Shown here: positions 1 to 8,862 of the stretch, in pieces
Position numbering within the stretch: position 1 is the first letter of the stretch
Layout: each line of letters opens with the position of its first letter
Translations under genes and position numbers: made by a program
The notes under the pieces: model-generated
The model's input: only the letters and a program-made list of their open reading frames with translations
Databases searched by the model: none
Told to the model about the DNA's origin: nothing
Assembly (NCBI GenBank): GCA_963692865.2
Contig: OY843592.1
Coordinates: forward strand, 3,680,001-3,744,000
DNA: 64,000 nucleotides
Direction: 5' to 3'
From: a bacterium
Lineage (GTDB): Bacteria > UBA8248

Positions 1-2
1 AG

Positions 3-227
3 CAGGCCGACTTCATCCTGATCCGAAAAGACGGCCTCGCCGTGACGCCCGCAGGCGACGCCGCCCGCGCCGTCGTCTTCTACGCGGAGCGCTCGGACGT
101 GGACACCGTATTCATCGGCGGCGAGAAGGTGAAGGCGGGCGGTGAGCTGCTCATAGATTCAGAAAAGATTAACCGGGCGAAGGAGCGGCTCGCTGCGTCC
201 GCGCGGTGGATTCGGGGCTCCGCCTGA
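3..227 (+). CDS. amidohydrolase-family protein, C-terminal fragment (5' end outside window)
   Basis: Frame open from window start: QADFILI...VVFYAERSDVDTVFIGGEKV, the typical C-terminus of SsnA/MtaD-like amidohydrolases. Confidence 0.7.
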   Translation, partial: QADFILIRKDGLAVTPAGDAARAVVFYAERSDVDTVFIGGEKVKAGGELLIDSEKINRAKERLAASARWIRGSA

Positions 228-300
228 GGCGGAGAGTAGCGTCATTCTGGCGTCATAACCGATAGATGAGGAATTGCGCCTCCGGCGCAGGGGTCGCATA

Positions 301-753
301 GGGGGTCGTTGAAAAAATCCTCATTTCATGGTTCGGAGAATGGAGCCGACTGGGGAGGGAGGAAAAACACTCACCCGTGCAGAACGCCAATCAACCACTC
401 CCCCCTTGAGGGGGAGTCAGCAAGACGAGGGCCAAGCCCGAAGTCGCGCTGGTGGGGGGAGCTTTTTTTGTGGCACGTCCCCCTGCCGGGTAGAAGGGGC
501 TTTGCTTTTTCTTGCCCCCCTGACAAAGGGGGGTTGTCTTTACCCTGTCAGGGGTGCTTTTCCAATTCTGGAATTACCCCCCCCACCGGTTCACTTGCGG
601 ACTTCGTCCTTAGTTCACCGACTCCCCCTCAAGGGGGGAGTGGTTCTTGCTCTTTCATCGGTTGCCGATGACCCTCAGGGGGATTCATTTCATGAGCGTA
701 TGTCGATTGAGAAATTTATTTTCCTGTTTCGGGGGACTCTTTCAACAACCCTG
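301..753. mobile_element. MITE-like non-autonomous element A, inserted into a REP hairpin
   Basis: Imperfect TIRs GGGGTCGTTGAAAAAATCC / GGACTCTTTCAACAACCCT; internal inverted pair of CACTCCCCCCTTGAGGGGGAGTC modules (393-460, 577-645); flanked by REP halves GGGGTCGCATA and TATGCGGCCCC. Confidence 0.7.
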
Positions 754-794
754 TATGCGGCCCCGATGGAGCAACGGGGCGCTCGAAATCCCCC

Positions 795-1052
795 TCACCG
801 CCGATACGCCTCCCGTCGATGGGCGACGTGGATGACCAGCACAACGAGGGCGTCGTCCTGCACTTCGTAGACCACGCGATGGTCGCCGATGCGAAGGCGC
901 CGCAAACCTCGCAAATCTCCCTTGAGCGCGCTGCCCAGAAAAGGATTTTCCGCCAGCCGATCGATGGCCTCGACGACCCGCACGCGATCCGCCTTTGCAA
1001 GGCGTCTCAGTTCCCTGACTGCGCTGCGTTTAATCCGTATCGAGAAGTTCAC
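795..1052 (-). CDS. relE: type II toxin, RelE/ParE family
   Basis: 85 aa basic protein with LKGDLRGLRRLRIGDHRVVYEV...HVAHRREAY; overlaps the upstream antitoxin. Confidence 0.9.
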   Translation of the reverse strand: MNFSIRIKRSAVRELRRLAKADRVRVVEAIDRLAENPFLGSALKGDLRGLRRLRIGDHRVVYEVQDDALVVLVIHVAHRREAYRR

Positions 1053-1251
1053 GCCTCACCCGATCCCAGTCCAGGACCGGATCGCTCGGGTCGCGCAGCC
1101 GCTCCACGGCCACCGAGAGATCGTCGAAGTCCTCCAGGTAAGCTTCAATCGCCTGGCGGACAATCTCCGCCCGGCTGCGTCTGAGGCGGCTCGCCGCCGC
1201 GTCCAGCGCATCGACGACTTCATCCGGCAAACGTGCTGTAATCTGGCTCAT
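1030..1251 (-). CDS. ribbon-helix-helix (CopG/RelB-like) antitoxin
   Basis: 73 aa, ITARLPDEVVDALDAAASRLRRSRAEIVRQAI with an acidic C-terminus; GGAGG RBS. Confidence 0.88.
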   Translation of the reverse strand: MSQITARLPDEVVDALDAAASRLRRSRAEIVRQAIEAYLEDFDDLSVAVERLRDPSDPVLDWDRVRRELLDTD

Positions 1252-1284
1252 AGCGCCTCCCTGAAATCATGTAATGTCAAAAGC

Positions 1285-1317
1285 ATTATATCACATTGAC
1301 GCAATGCTCAAGTCAAT
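1285..1317 (-). promoter_or_regulatory. putative extended -10 promoter and operator of the RHH-RelE TA pair
   Basis: Minus-strand TGA-TATAAT (1285-1293); inverted repeat ATTGAC-N11-GTCAAT (1295-1317). Confidence 0.45.
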
Positions 1318-1360
1318 AGATCATGAAAGGACGATCACCGAATCCGCACGTTGGATAAGG

Positions 1361-2824
1361 TCAATACCCATCTTCGCCATATTCCCCAGGCGTGGGCGTC
1401 GCGCCGGTTTTGGCCGTTTCGATGACGTGGTCGCGTCCGCCGAGCCGCTCGATGAGCGCCGCCTGATCGCGCTTGGCGCGCGCGTCCGCCTCTTCGGGGT
1501 CGAGAACCCCGCGCAGGGCGCCTTCGAGTTCGGCGATAACGGACGCGCTCTCCGGCTTTCCGGCGAGATCGTCCTGCTCCTCGGGGTCTGTTTCCAGGTC
1601 GTAGAGTTCAGGCGGGTAGTCCACGTAGTGGATGTATTTCTTCCGGCCCTTGCGGATGAGGTAGGCCGCCGTCTCGGCGCCCGAGGCGTGGTATTCGCTG
1701 AAGACGACTCGCTCGGGATCGTAGGGCGCGCGCGCGATCTCATAAAGCGAACGGCCCGCGCGGCTCTTGTCCTCATCATTGGGCGCAACGCCCATCGATT
1801 CGAGGATGGTGGGGTAAAAGTCGATCAGCGAGGCGGGCGTCTCGACCACCGCGCCCGCCTCGACGTCCGGCCCGGCCATCATGAGCGGTACGGCGGCCGA
1901 TTCCTCGTACATCGTGCCCTTGCCCCAGGTTCCCCGCGCGCCCAGGTTCTCGCCGTGATCGCTCGCGAAGATAACGCGGGTGGAATCCGCGAGACCCGCG
2001 CGCCCGAGGCTTTCCAGCACGCGGCCCACCAGATCGTCCAGGAACGTGCAAAGCCCGAAATAAGACGCGATGGCGACGCGCCTTTTTTCATCGTCGAAAA
2101 AGCTGTCCGACGGCACGTATTTCCTGTACGCCTCTATCCAGGGGTGCCGGGGACGGCCGTCGAGCGCGTGGGCCTTGGGCATGGGCACGGCGTCCGCCGG
2201 ATACATGTCGAAATACTCCTTCGGCGCCATCAGGGGAAAATGAGGCGATACGAAGGAGACGAAGGTCATCCAGGGTTTTTGGGGGTCTGCGTATTTTTCC
2301 GCCTCGTTCTCGAGCCAGGCGCAGGCTTTCTCCGCAATGTCCAGGTCGTAGTTCGTATAGCTCGTCTCGCCCGGACCTATCTCGCGCGCGAGCTTGTCCG
2401 CCTTCTGGACGATCAACTCATCTCGGATGGAGCCCAGCACGCTGCCCACGCCGCCGTCGCGCGCGTGCATGGGCACGATTTGCTCGTCGAAGCCGGTGGG
2501 GTCCGTAATGTTCCTGTAGTGGAGTTTACCGATAGAGGTAACGCGCCGACCCTCGGCCTGGAGGCGATGCCCCCAGCCCGCCGGCTCGCCCGTGTATGGA
2601 CTCGCGTTGTCCCAGCAGCCGATCTCGTGCACGTAGCGGCCCGTGGCGAAGCTTGCCCGCGCGGCCGTGCAGATCGGGGAATTCGTATAGGCGCTCGTAA
2701 AGCGGACGCCCGAGGCCGCCAGACGGTCGATGTTCGGCGTTTTCACCACCTGATGGCCGCAGCAGCCGAGCGTCTTGACGCTCAACTCATCCGCCATGAT
2801 GACGAGCAAATTCATCGGTTTCAT
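1361..2824 (-). CDS. sulfatase-like hydrolase (choline-sulfatase-like, FGly type)
   Basis: NLLVIMADE, SPICTAARASFATGRY (CxAxR), GKLH, SPHFP, SDHGENLG. Confidence 0.92.
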   Translation of the reverse strand: MKPMNLLVIMADELSVKTLGCCGHQVVKTPNIDRLAASGVRFTSAYTNSPICTAARASFATGRYVHEIGCWDNASPYTGEPAGWGHRLQAEGRRVTSIGKLHYRNITDPTGFDEQIVPMHARDGGVGSVLGSIRDELIVQKADKLAREIGPGETSYTNYDLDIAEKACAWLENEAEKYADPQKPWMTFVSFVSPHFPLMAPKEYFDMYPADAVPMPKAHALDGRPRHPWIEAYRKYVPSDSFFDDEKRRVAIASYFGLCTFLDDLVGRVLESLGRAGLADSTRVIFASDHGENLGARGTWGKGTMYEESAAVPLMMAGPDVEAGAVVETPASLIDFYPTILESMGVAPNDEDKSRAGRSLYEIARAPYDPERVVFSEYHASGAETAAYLIRKGRKKYIHYVDYPPELYDLETDPEEQDDLAGKPESASVIAELEGALRGVLDPEEADARAKRDQAALIERLGGRDHVIETAKTGATPTPGEYGEDGY

Positions 2825-2844
2825 GCGTAGAGCCCTCTGTTTGC

Positions 2845-3117
2845 GGGGTGGTTGAAAAAGCCCTGATTTCTAGATTTGTCGTATGTAACCGACCGACGAG
2901 AGAGAAAAACCACTCCGCCCTTGGGGCTCGGGCCGATCCACTCTCCCTTTGGTCGGGATGTAAATACTCATGTAGGGGTCGCATAGTATGCGACCCGCTT
3001 TGTAAAGACGAAAAGGCGGGGCCGCATGATATGTCAGACATATATGTCTGACCTACAAAAACCGCCCCTTTCTGATTATGCCAAACCCTCGTTCATCAGG
3101 TCTTTTTCAACAACCCC
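2845..3117. mobile_element. MITE-like element B carrying a GTAG-REP doublet
   Basis: TIRs GGGGTGGTTGAAAAAGCCCTGAT / ATCAGGTCTTTTTCAACAACCCC (21/23 complementary); REPs at 2972-2996 and 3016-3056. Confidence 0.72.
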
Positions 3118-3157
3118 TTTGTTCTGTGAATTGGGCGTTCGGGCGCGGCGCTTCGCC

Positions 3158-4033
3158 TCACATGTGCGGCCATACCGGGTCCGTCCGGTTGCCGAGCGGA
3201 CCCGAGGGATGTTCTTCGAGATAATCGTAGATGTTGCCGAGCCCTCCCCTTCTCAGCATGGTGAGCCGCTCTCCCAGGTGATCCATGCTGTTCAGATCGG
3301 TCTCATACACTTCGAATACCTTGTCCTGCACCTCCTCGCGGCTGAGTCCACCGTTCTTGAGAATCCTGACCTTGTCGATCAACTCATGGAGCTTCTCGCG
3401 CTGGCGGGGTATCTCGTCCTTCCGGCAGGGCCTGCCGTGCCCGGGCACGTACCAGTCCACGTCCAGGGCTTCGAGCACGCCCAGCGACTGGAACCAGCCC
3501 CACACGTCGGCGGAATGGCACGCCACGTTGAAGGCGGGCGTGAGGTTATCCGCCGTGAAGGCGACGCGGTCCTCCACCGCGTGGACGACCGTCTGCCCGC
3601 GCGTATGGCCGGGGGATTCGATGAGGATGAACGTCTTGCCGCCCAGACGAATCGTCATCCGCCCCTTGTAGGTGAACTCGGGGGGCCTGAGCTCGAAACC
3701 TTCCAGCAGCGCCTCGTTCTCGGGGTCGTACTTGAGCATGCGCTCCTTGCCCTCTTCCGGCGTGGCGATGGAGGTGTAGAAATCCGCATAGGTGATCTCG
3801 CTCGAAACGATCCGCTCAGGCTCAAGGAACCAGTTCGCCGCGATGTGATCCTGGTGATGCTCGGTGTTGACGAGGTAGCGAAGCGGGCCCTTCTCTGCGA
3901 TGAAATCGCGCCAGGCGATGGCTTCGGAGGGCCGCATGGGGCCGTCGACCGCGATGACGCCGTCATCCGTCGCCACCATGCCCACCGTCGGGTAGCAATC
4001 ATAAAAAAAGACGTTCTCGGTCAACTGCTCCAA
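3158..4033 (-). CDS. MBL-fold metallo-hydrolase (cyclase-like)
   Basis: NTEHHQDH, SPGHT, FTADN, VPGHG motifs. Confidence 0.88.
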   Translation of the reverse strand: MEQLTENVFFYDCYPTVGMVATDDGVIAVDGPMRPSEAIAWRDFIAEKGPLRYLVNTEHHQDHIAANWFLEPERIVSSEITYADFYTSIATPEEGKERMLKYDPENEALLEGFELRPPEFTYKGRMTIRLGGKTFILIESPGHTRGQTVVHAVEDRVAFTADNLTPAFNVACHSADVWGWFQSLGVLEALDVDWYVPGHGRPCRKDEIPRQREKLHELIDKVRILKNGGLSREEVQDKVFEVYETDLNSMDHLGERLTMLRRGGLGNIYDYLEEHPSGPLGNRTDPVWPHM

Positions 4034-4075
4034 TGGTTCATCCTCCTGAACGGCGTCCGGGAAGAAAGCCTATCC

Positions 4076-4960
4076 CTATTCGCTCAAACCCGCCTCGCGC
4101 TCGAACCACTCTCGTATGACGCCTTGGTCCAGATCGCCCAATCCCATATCCATCGCTCCCTGATACACCTCTTGAACCGCGTCGATCACCGGCGCGGAAG
4201 CGCCGTTCGCGCGGGCGAACTCCTTGATGAGACCCAGGTCCTTGTGCATGAGGGAGAGCGCGAACTTCACGGGTTCATATTCTTTTTTTCTCAAGCCCCG
4301 GCCGCGCGTGTTCATCACGCGGAACACGGTGCTCGAATAGAGGTATTCCATCATCTGGTCCGGGTCCAGGCCCGACTTCACGCCCAGGGTGAAGCCCTCC
4401 GCCAGTGCGCATAGCTGGGAGGAAACGAGATGGTTCGTGATGAGCTTCATCCTGAGTCCCGATCCGTTGGGGCCGAAATAATCGAGCAACTCGCACGCGC
4501 AATCGAGCACGGCGCGGTGCGCGTCCAGAACCTCTTTCTCACCTCCCACCATGAAGCCAATCTTCGCATCGCGCGCGATGATGGCGTTTCCGCTGATGGG
4601 GGCGTCCAGAAAATGAAATCCTCGGCTCGCGGCTTCTTCGGCGACGGCGATACTCTCCTCGGGCAGGATGGTGGAAAAATCAAAGCACACCGCGCCTTCT
4701 TTCGCTGTGAGCAGCGCGCCCTTCTCCCCGAGAAAAGCGCCGCGCACGTGCTCGCCCTTAGGCACCGAACTGCACACGTAGTCCGCCCCCCGGGCCGCCT
4801 CGGCGGGAGAACCGAAAACGGCTATCCCCGCCTCGCGCGCCGCCTGCTGCGCCGCCGGACTCGGGTCGTAGCCCACGACATCGAAGCCGGCCTTCTTCAT
4901 GTTACCGGCGACGGCCCCGCCCATGTTGCCGAGTCCCAAAAATGCGATTCTCTTCGCCAA
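4076..4960 (-). CDS. NAD(P)-dependent oxidoreductase, 3-hydroxyisobutyrate dehydrogenase family
   Basis: FLGLGNMG, DAPISG, GSGLRMKLITN, HKDL. Confidence 0.92.
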   Translation of the reverse strand: MAKRIAFLGLGNMGGAVAGNMKKAGFDVVGYDPSPAAQQAAREAGIAVFGSPAEAARGADYVCSSVPKGEHVRGAFLGEKGALLTAKEGAVCFDFSTILPEESIAVAEEAASRGFHFLDAPISGNAIIARDAKIGFMVGGEKEVLDAHRAVLDCACELLDYFGPNGSGLRMKLITNHLVSSQLCALAEGFTLGVKSGLDPDQMMEYLYSSTVFRVMNTRGRGLRKKEYEPVKFALSLMHKDLGLIKEFARANGASAPVIDAVQEVYQGAMDMGLGDLDQGVIREWFEREAGLSE

Positions 4961-4972
4961 TTTCCCTCCTCC

Positions 4973-6058
4973 TCAAGCGCCATACCGTCGTATGGCCTCC
5001 TCAGAAAATTCCATCCCGTGGCCGGGGACGTCGGGAACCGCCATGCAGCCGTTTGCTACTGCGAATTCCCGCGTAAGCGTCTCTGCAGGCAGCATCTCCA
5101 CATACTCCACCATATAGCCGCTCGGCGTCGCGGCGAGGAGGCTCACGGAAACCTCCTGGAGGAGATGCGCGCACAGCGAGAGATTGTAGGCCTCCGCCAG
5201 ATGAGCCGCTTTTCGAAACTCCGTCACGCCCCCGCAGCGGCCCACGTCCGGCTGGAGATACGCCGCCGCCCTCCTCTCGCATATCTCCCGAAAGCCCCAG
5301 CGCATGTAGGCGTTTTCACCCGCGGCGATGGGCACGGGACTCCTCTCGGCCACTTCCGCCAGATCATCCACCGAATCGGCGAGCACGGGCTCCTCGAACC
5401 AGCGCACGTCGTAATCGGCGAGCATGGCGGCCACCTCGAGCGCCTCTCGGGGGCTGTACTTCTGGTTGGCGTCGGCGAACAGGACGACCGACTCGCCCAC
5501 CTCGTCTCTCAAGAGGCGGACCCGCTCCTCATCCCGGTCCGTCCCCAGCTTGAGCTTGTACGCGCCGATTCCCTTCTCCATGAAGCCCATACACTCATCC
5601 ACCATCTCTGCGTCGGTGAAGGTGAGCCAGCCCCCGCTGCCGTAGACGGGAATCTCGTTCCTGAATCCGCCCAGTATCCGGGCAAGCGGCAAACCCGCCG
5701 CCCTGGCGAGCGCGTCCCAGCAGGCGGTGTCTATTGCGGAAAGCGCCTGCACGCCCAGCCCGCCGCGCATCCTCGGTTTGTTCGGTCCCCACAGACGCAT
5801 CCAGAGCGCCTCGGGCGCCAGGGCGTCCTGCCCCACCGCCAGGGGAGCCAACTCTTTTTCGATGTAGGGAACGAGCGTCGTTGAAGTCTCCCCGCCCAGT
5901 CCCATCACGAAGCCGCAGCCCGTCGGTCCGTTTTCGGTGTGGAGAAAGACCACGAGGTAATCGAGCTCCGATTTCGTGCTGTTCGCGCTTCCTATCGCGC
6001 GGGCGAGGGGAACCTTGAGCGATTTCGCCTCTACGCCGATGATCTTCAGTTCAGACAC
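4973..6058 (-). CDS. mandelate racemase/muconate lactonizing enzyme (enolase superfamily) protein
   Basis: SAIDTACWD, YKLK, DANQ, WFEEP, GEN, QPDVGRCGG, CAH. Confidence 0.92.
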   Translation of the reverse strand: MSELKIIGVEAKSLKVPLARAIGSANSTKSELDYLVVFLHTENGPTGCGFVMGLGGETSTTLVPYIEKELAPLAVGQDALAPEALWMRLWGPNKPRMRGGLGVQALSAIDTACWDALARAAGLPLARILGGFRNEIPVYGSGGWLTFTDAEMVDECMGFMEKGIGAYKLKLGTDRDEERVRLLRDEVGESVVLFADANQKYSPREALEVAAMLADYDVRWFEEPVLADSVDDLAEVAERSPVPIAAGENAYMRWGFREICERRAAAYLQPDVGRCGGVTEFRKAAHLAEAYNLSLCAHLLQEVSVSLLAATPSGYMVEYVEMLPAETLTREFAVANGCMAVPDVPGHGMEFSEEAIRRYGA

Positions 6059-6095
6059 GCTTCACACTCCGCTAAATCTCACGCTTTCATACGGC

Positions 6096-6140
6096 AAAAC
6101 AAAGGCTGCGGAGGCTCGACATACGCCCCCGCAGCCTTTT
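6096..6140 (-). terminator. probable intrinsic terminator after the SBP gene
   Basis: Stem AAAGGCTGCGG / CCGCAGCCTTT followed by a T-rich run on the minus strand. Confidence 0.6.
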
Positions 6141-6159
6141 AGGCAACGAATCGAAAAAC

Positions 6160-7170
6160 CTAGTTCATCTTCATGCTGGCCAGCGCCTTCTCGAGCGGGC
6201 CTCTCTCGATGCCCTCGCCACCGGCGAAATTCGGCAGGCGGCGAATCTTGCCGCGGCCCTTCTGCACCTTGGCCGTCGCGTTGAGCGCGTTGATGATGCG
6301 CGGCGTGATTTTATACAAAGGCCGCACCACGTCGATGGAGCGCCTGGCGATGGAGTAGTCTACCTTGCGGCCCTTCGAGATCAGCCATTTGTGATAGACC
6401 TTGGCGAACTTGTCGGGGTCTTTCTTCCACAGGTTCGCGGATTTGAGATAGGCGCGCAGATATTTCGTCACGCCTTCGGGGTTGCTCTTGAGCGTCCTGG
6501 GATTCGCGAGCTCGATGAAGATCATGGCCGGCGGATTGTCGTACTTGCAGTAATCCACGATGGGACGGGCCCATTTCTTGTCCGTCAGGCGGAACGACGT
6601 GGGCGCGCCGATGACCATCGCCTGAACCACCTTGGCCCGGAAGGCGGAGAGGCGCTCCGCCGTCGTGGTGTTCATGATCTTGATGTCCTTGGGCTTCATG
6701 CCGAATGCGGGCAGGATGCCGTTGTCCAGCACGAAGTGGGTGGACGTGCCCTTCTTCTCGGCCATGGTCTTACCCTTCAAATCGGCCACCGTCTTGATCG
6801 GAGAATCGGGACGCACCCATATCGAGATGGATTTACACCAGGAGGAGCTCGCGGAGATCATCACGAGCCCCGCCTTCTTGGCCACGCCGTCCACGTAGGG
6901 CCGCGTAGCGCCGTGGCCCACGTCGAGACTGCGCGAGAGCAGCGCCTCGATGACGAGCTTGCCCTGCGGGAAGACCTTCACGCTCCAATTGCCTTTTCCG
7001 AATTCCTCGTCGAAATAACCCATCCCCATGGCGACCGCCGTGAAGGAGCCGAACGTCTGGCGGTGCATGCCGATGCGGAACTTGGCCGCCTCGGCGTCCG
7101 TCGCCTGGAAGCCGACCGGCGCGAGGCTCAACGCGAGGACCAGACACAAAAATCCGAACCACTTTCTCAT
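6160..7170 (-). CDS. ABC transporter substrate-binding protein, SsuA/TauA/NMT1-like
   Basis: Signal peptide MRKWFGFL...AEA; DSPIKTVADLKGKT, GTSTHF. Start trimmed to ATG 7170 (GGAG RBS). Confidence 0.85.
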   Translation of the reverse strand: MRKWFGFLCLVLALSLAPVGFQATDAEAAKFRIGMHRQTFGSFTAVAMGMGYFDEEFGKGNWSVKVFPQGKLVIEALLSRSLDVGHGATRPYVDGVAKKAGLVMISASSSWCKSISIWVRPDSPIKTVADLKGKTMAEKKGTSTHFVLDNGILPAFGMKPKDIKIMNTTTAERLSAFRAKVVQAMVIGAPTSFRLTDKKWARPIVDYCKYDNPPAMIFIELANPRTLKSNPEGVTKYLRAYLKSANLWKKDPDKFAKVYHKWLISKGRKVDYSIARRSIDVVRPLYKITPRIINALNATAKVQKGRGKIRRLPNFAGGEGIERGPLEKALASMKMN

Positions 7171-7301
7171 CTTGTTTCTCCTCTCCAAAGATAAAGATGG
7201 ACAGCTTGCCTCACGAAAGCGTGAACGACTTTTCTGAACCGGATAGGCGAAGTATGACACAAGCGGGGTTTCATTGCATCCGGCAAAATGCGCCCCTGCC
7301 C

Positions 7302-7905
7302 GGGGTTGTTGGAAAAGCCCTGATTTCGTGATTTTGGGTGTTGCCGACCCAGGAGAGAGGTGACTTCATTCCACCTTTGCAAAGCGCCAACCAACCACTC
7401 CCCCCTTGAGGGGGAGTCGACGAGGTAAGGGCGTAAGCCCGCAAGCGAGTCGGTGGGGGGAGCTTTTATTTTAGAATCGTCTCCCCACCGAATCGGCCTA
7501 CGCCCAAGGGCTTGGCCTCTTCGTCTGGCTTTCCCCTCGAGAAGCCAGACCCTCAAGGGGGGAGTGGACCCAAAACTCCTGAAAGGTTTTGCGGTATTGT
7601 AGGGGTCGCATATATGCGACCCGTGTTTTGCAGACGAAAAGGCAGGGCCGCATGTATGCGGCCCCTACAATTGAAACGACAATGCCGCCGGAATGACGGC
7701 GGTGGTCGGTTCCGACCGAAGAGGGAGGAACCACCACCTACCGTAGGGACAGGCCTCCGTGCCTGTCCTTACGAAATGACAACCACGGAGGGCAGGACAA
7801 CCCCGAGGAGGGGTTGTCCCTACGAAACACGAAACCATCGCGCCTACGCGCACCACGTGAACCTCCATGCCGACCAACGCGCAAACCGGCTTTTCCAACA
7901 ACCCC
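7302..7905. mobile_element. MITE-like element C carrying three repeat modules
   Basis: Perfect 18-bp TIRs GGGGTTGTTGGAAAAGCC / GGCTTTTCCAACAACCCC; CACTCCCCCCTTGAG inverted pair (7393-7567); REP doublets 7599-7668 and 7743-7823. Confidence 0.78.
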
Positions 7906-7933
7906 TACCCCCCAAGCGTTCGAACCGCCCGCA

Positions 7934-8749
7934 TCAAAGCCGCATCAAATCCTCGCCTGCGACGATTTCGCCCTCGAAATAGGGGGCAATCGCCGCGCGC
8001 ACCTTGTCATTCGGCGCCAGGGGCGGAACGACGTGCGAGAACACCAGCTTGCCCACGCCGGCCTCGGCGGCCGTTCTGCCGACCTCCGCCGCCGTGGCGT
8101 GATGGGCCGCTACAATCTTCGCCGTGGCCCTGAAACTCCCGAACCTCTCGTCTATCAACTCCGGGATACAGGGGTGCATCACCAGCACGTCCGCCCCCCG
8201 CGCGAGAGGAACCAGCTTATCCGTCGGACTGCCGTCGCTCGCGATGACGATCTTTCTCCCATCCGCCTCGAAGGCGTAGGAGAGGATGTCGTCCACGTTG
8301 CCGTGATTCGTGCCCTTATCGACGCGGATCCCGATATCGTCTACCTCAAACGCATCGCCGGGTTTGAGAACCGACACCTCGATATCCGTTCCCGCCCTGG
8401 GCTTTCCCTCGTTCGCCCTGAGATCGATGTCGTACTCGTAATAGCGCAGCATCCGCTCCACTATCTCCTCGACGTGCGACGGCCCGTAGACCTTGAGCGG
8501 CGTCGCCGCGCCCATGATCCAGCGCGAGATGAAGAACTCGCCGAATCCCGTGTAGTGATCCGAGTGAAAATGCGTGAAGAACAGGTGGTCCACCTTGCTG
8601 ACGTGATAGCCCGACTTCATGATCTGGGTCGCGGCGCCGCGGGCGGCGTCCACCAGATAGAGCTTCCCGCCCTTGACGATCGCGTTGCACGGGCCGCTTT
8701 TCTGCGGGGTCGGCGGCGGCGCGCCCACGCCCAGGAGTATGAGTTCCAA
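7934..8749 (-). CDS. MBL-fold hydrolase, RNase Z/AtsA-like
   Basis: LILLGVG, THFHSDHYTG, SDG, HH, FSH. Probable TTG start at 8749 after GGAGG. Confidence 0.88.
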   Translation of the reverse strand: MELILLGVGAPPPTPQKSGPCNAIVKGGKLYLVDAARGAATQIMKSGYHVSKVDHLFFTHFHSDHYTGFGEFFISRWIMGAATPLKVYGPSHVEEIVERMLRYYEYDIDLRANEGKPRAGTDIEVSVLKPGDAFEVDDIGIRVDKGTNHGNVDDILSYAFEADGRKIVIASDGSPTDKLVPLARGADVLVMHPCIPELIDERFGSFRATAKIVAAHHATAAEVGRTAAEAGVGKLVFSHVVPPLAPNDKVRAAIAPYFEGEIVAGEDLMRL

Positions 8750-8862
8750 AACGGGTTTCCTCCCCTTCGCCAAAGTGTGCGAGCGTGTTGCCGGAATGGA
8801 TGCCTGGGAGGTATTCTTGCGCGAACATCCTCGTTCACGTCAACCGGAAGAGAGAGACCGCC

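Noticed and set aside
309-870. ORFs inside the repeat mosaics (also 7167-7982, 58823-59592, 60728-61332), including the recurring MICQTYMSDL peptide
   Set aside because: Translations of palindromic repeats; the recurrence reflects DNA repeats, not a protein family
7302-7905. Repeat clusters as CRISPR arrays
   Set aside because: Repeats are inverted, heterogeneous and irregularly spaced; no cas genes
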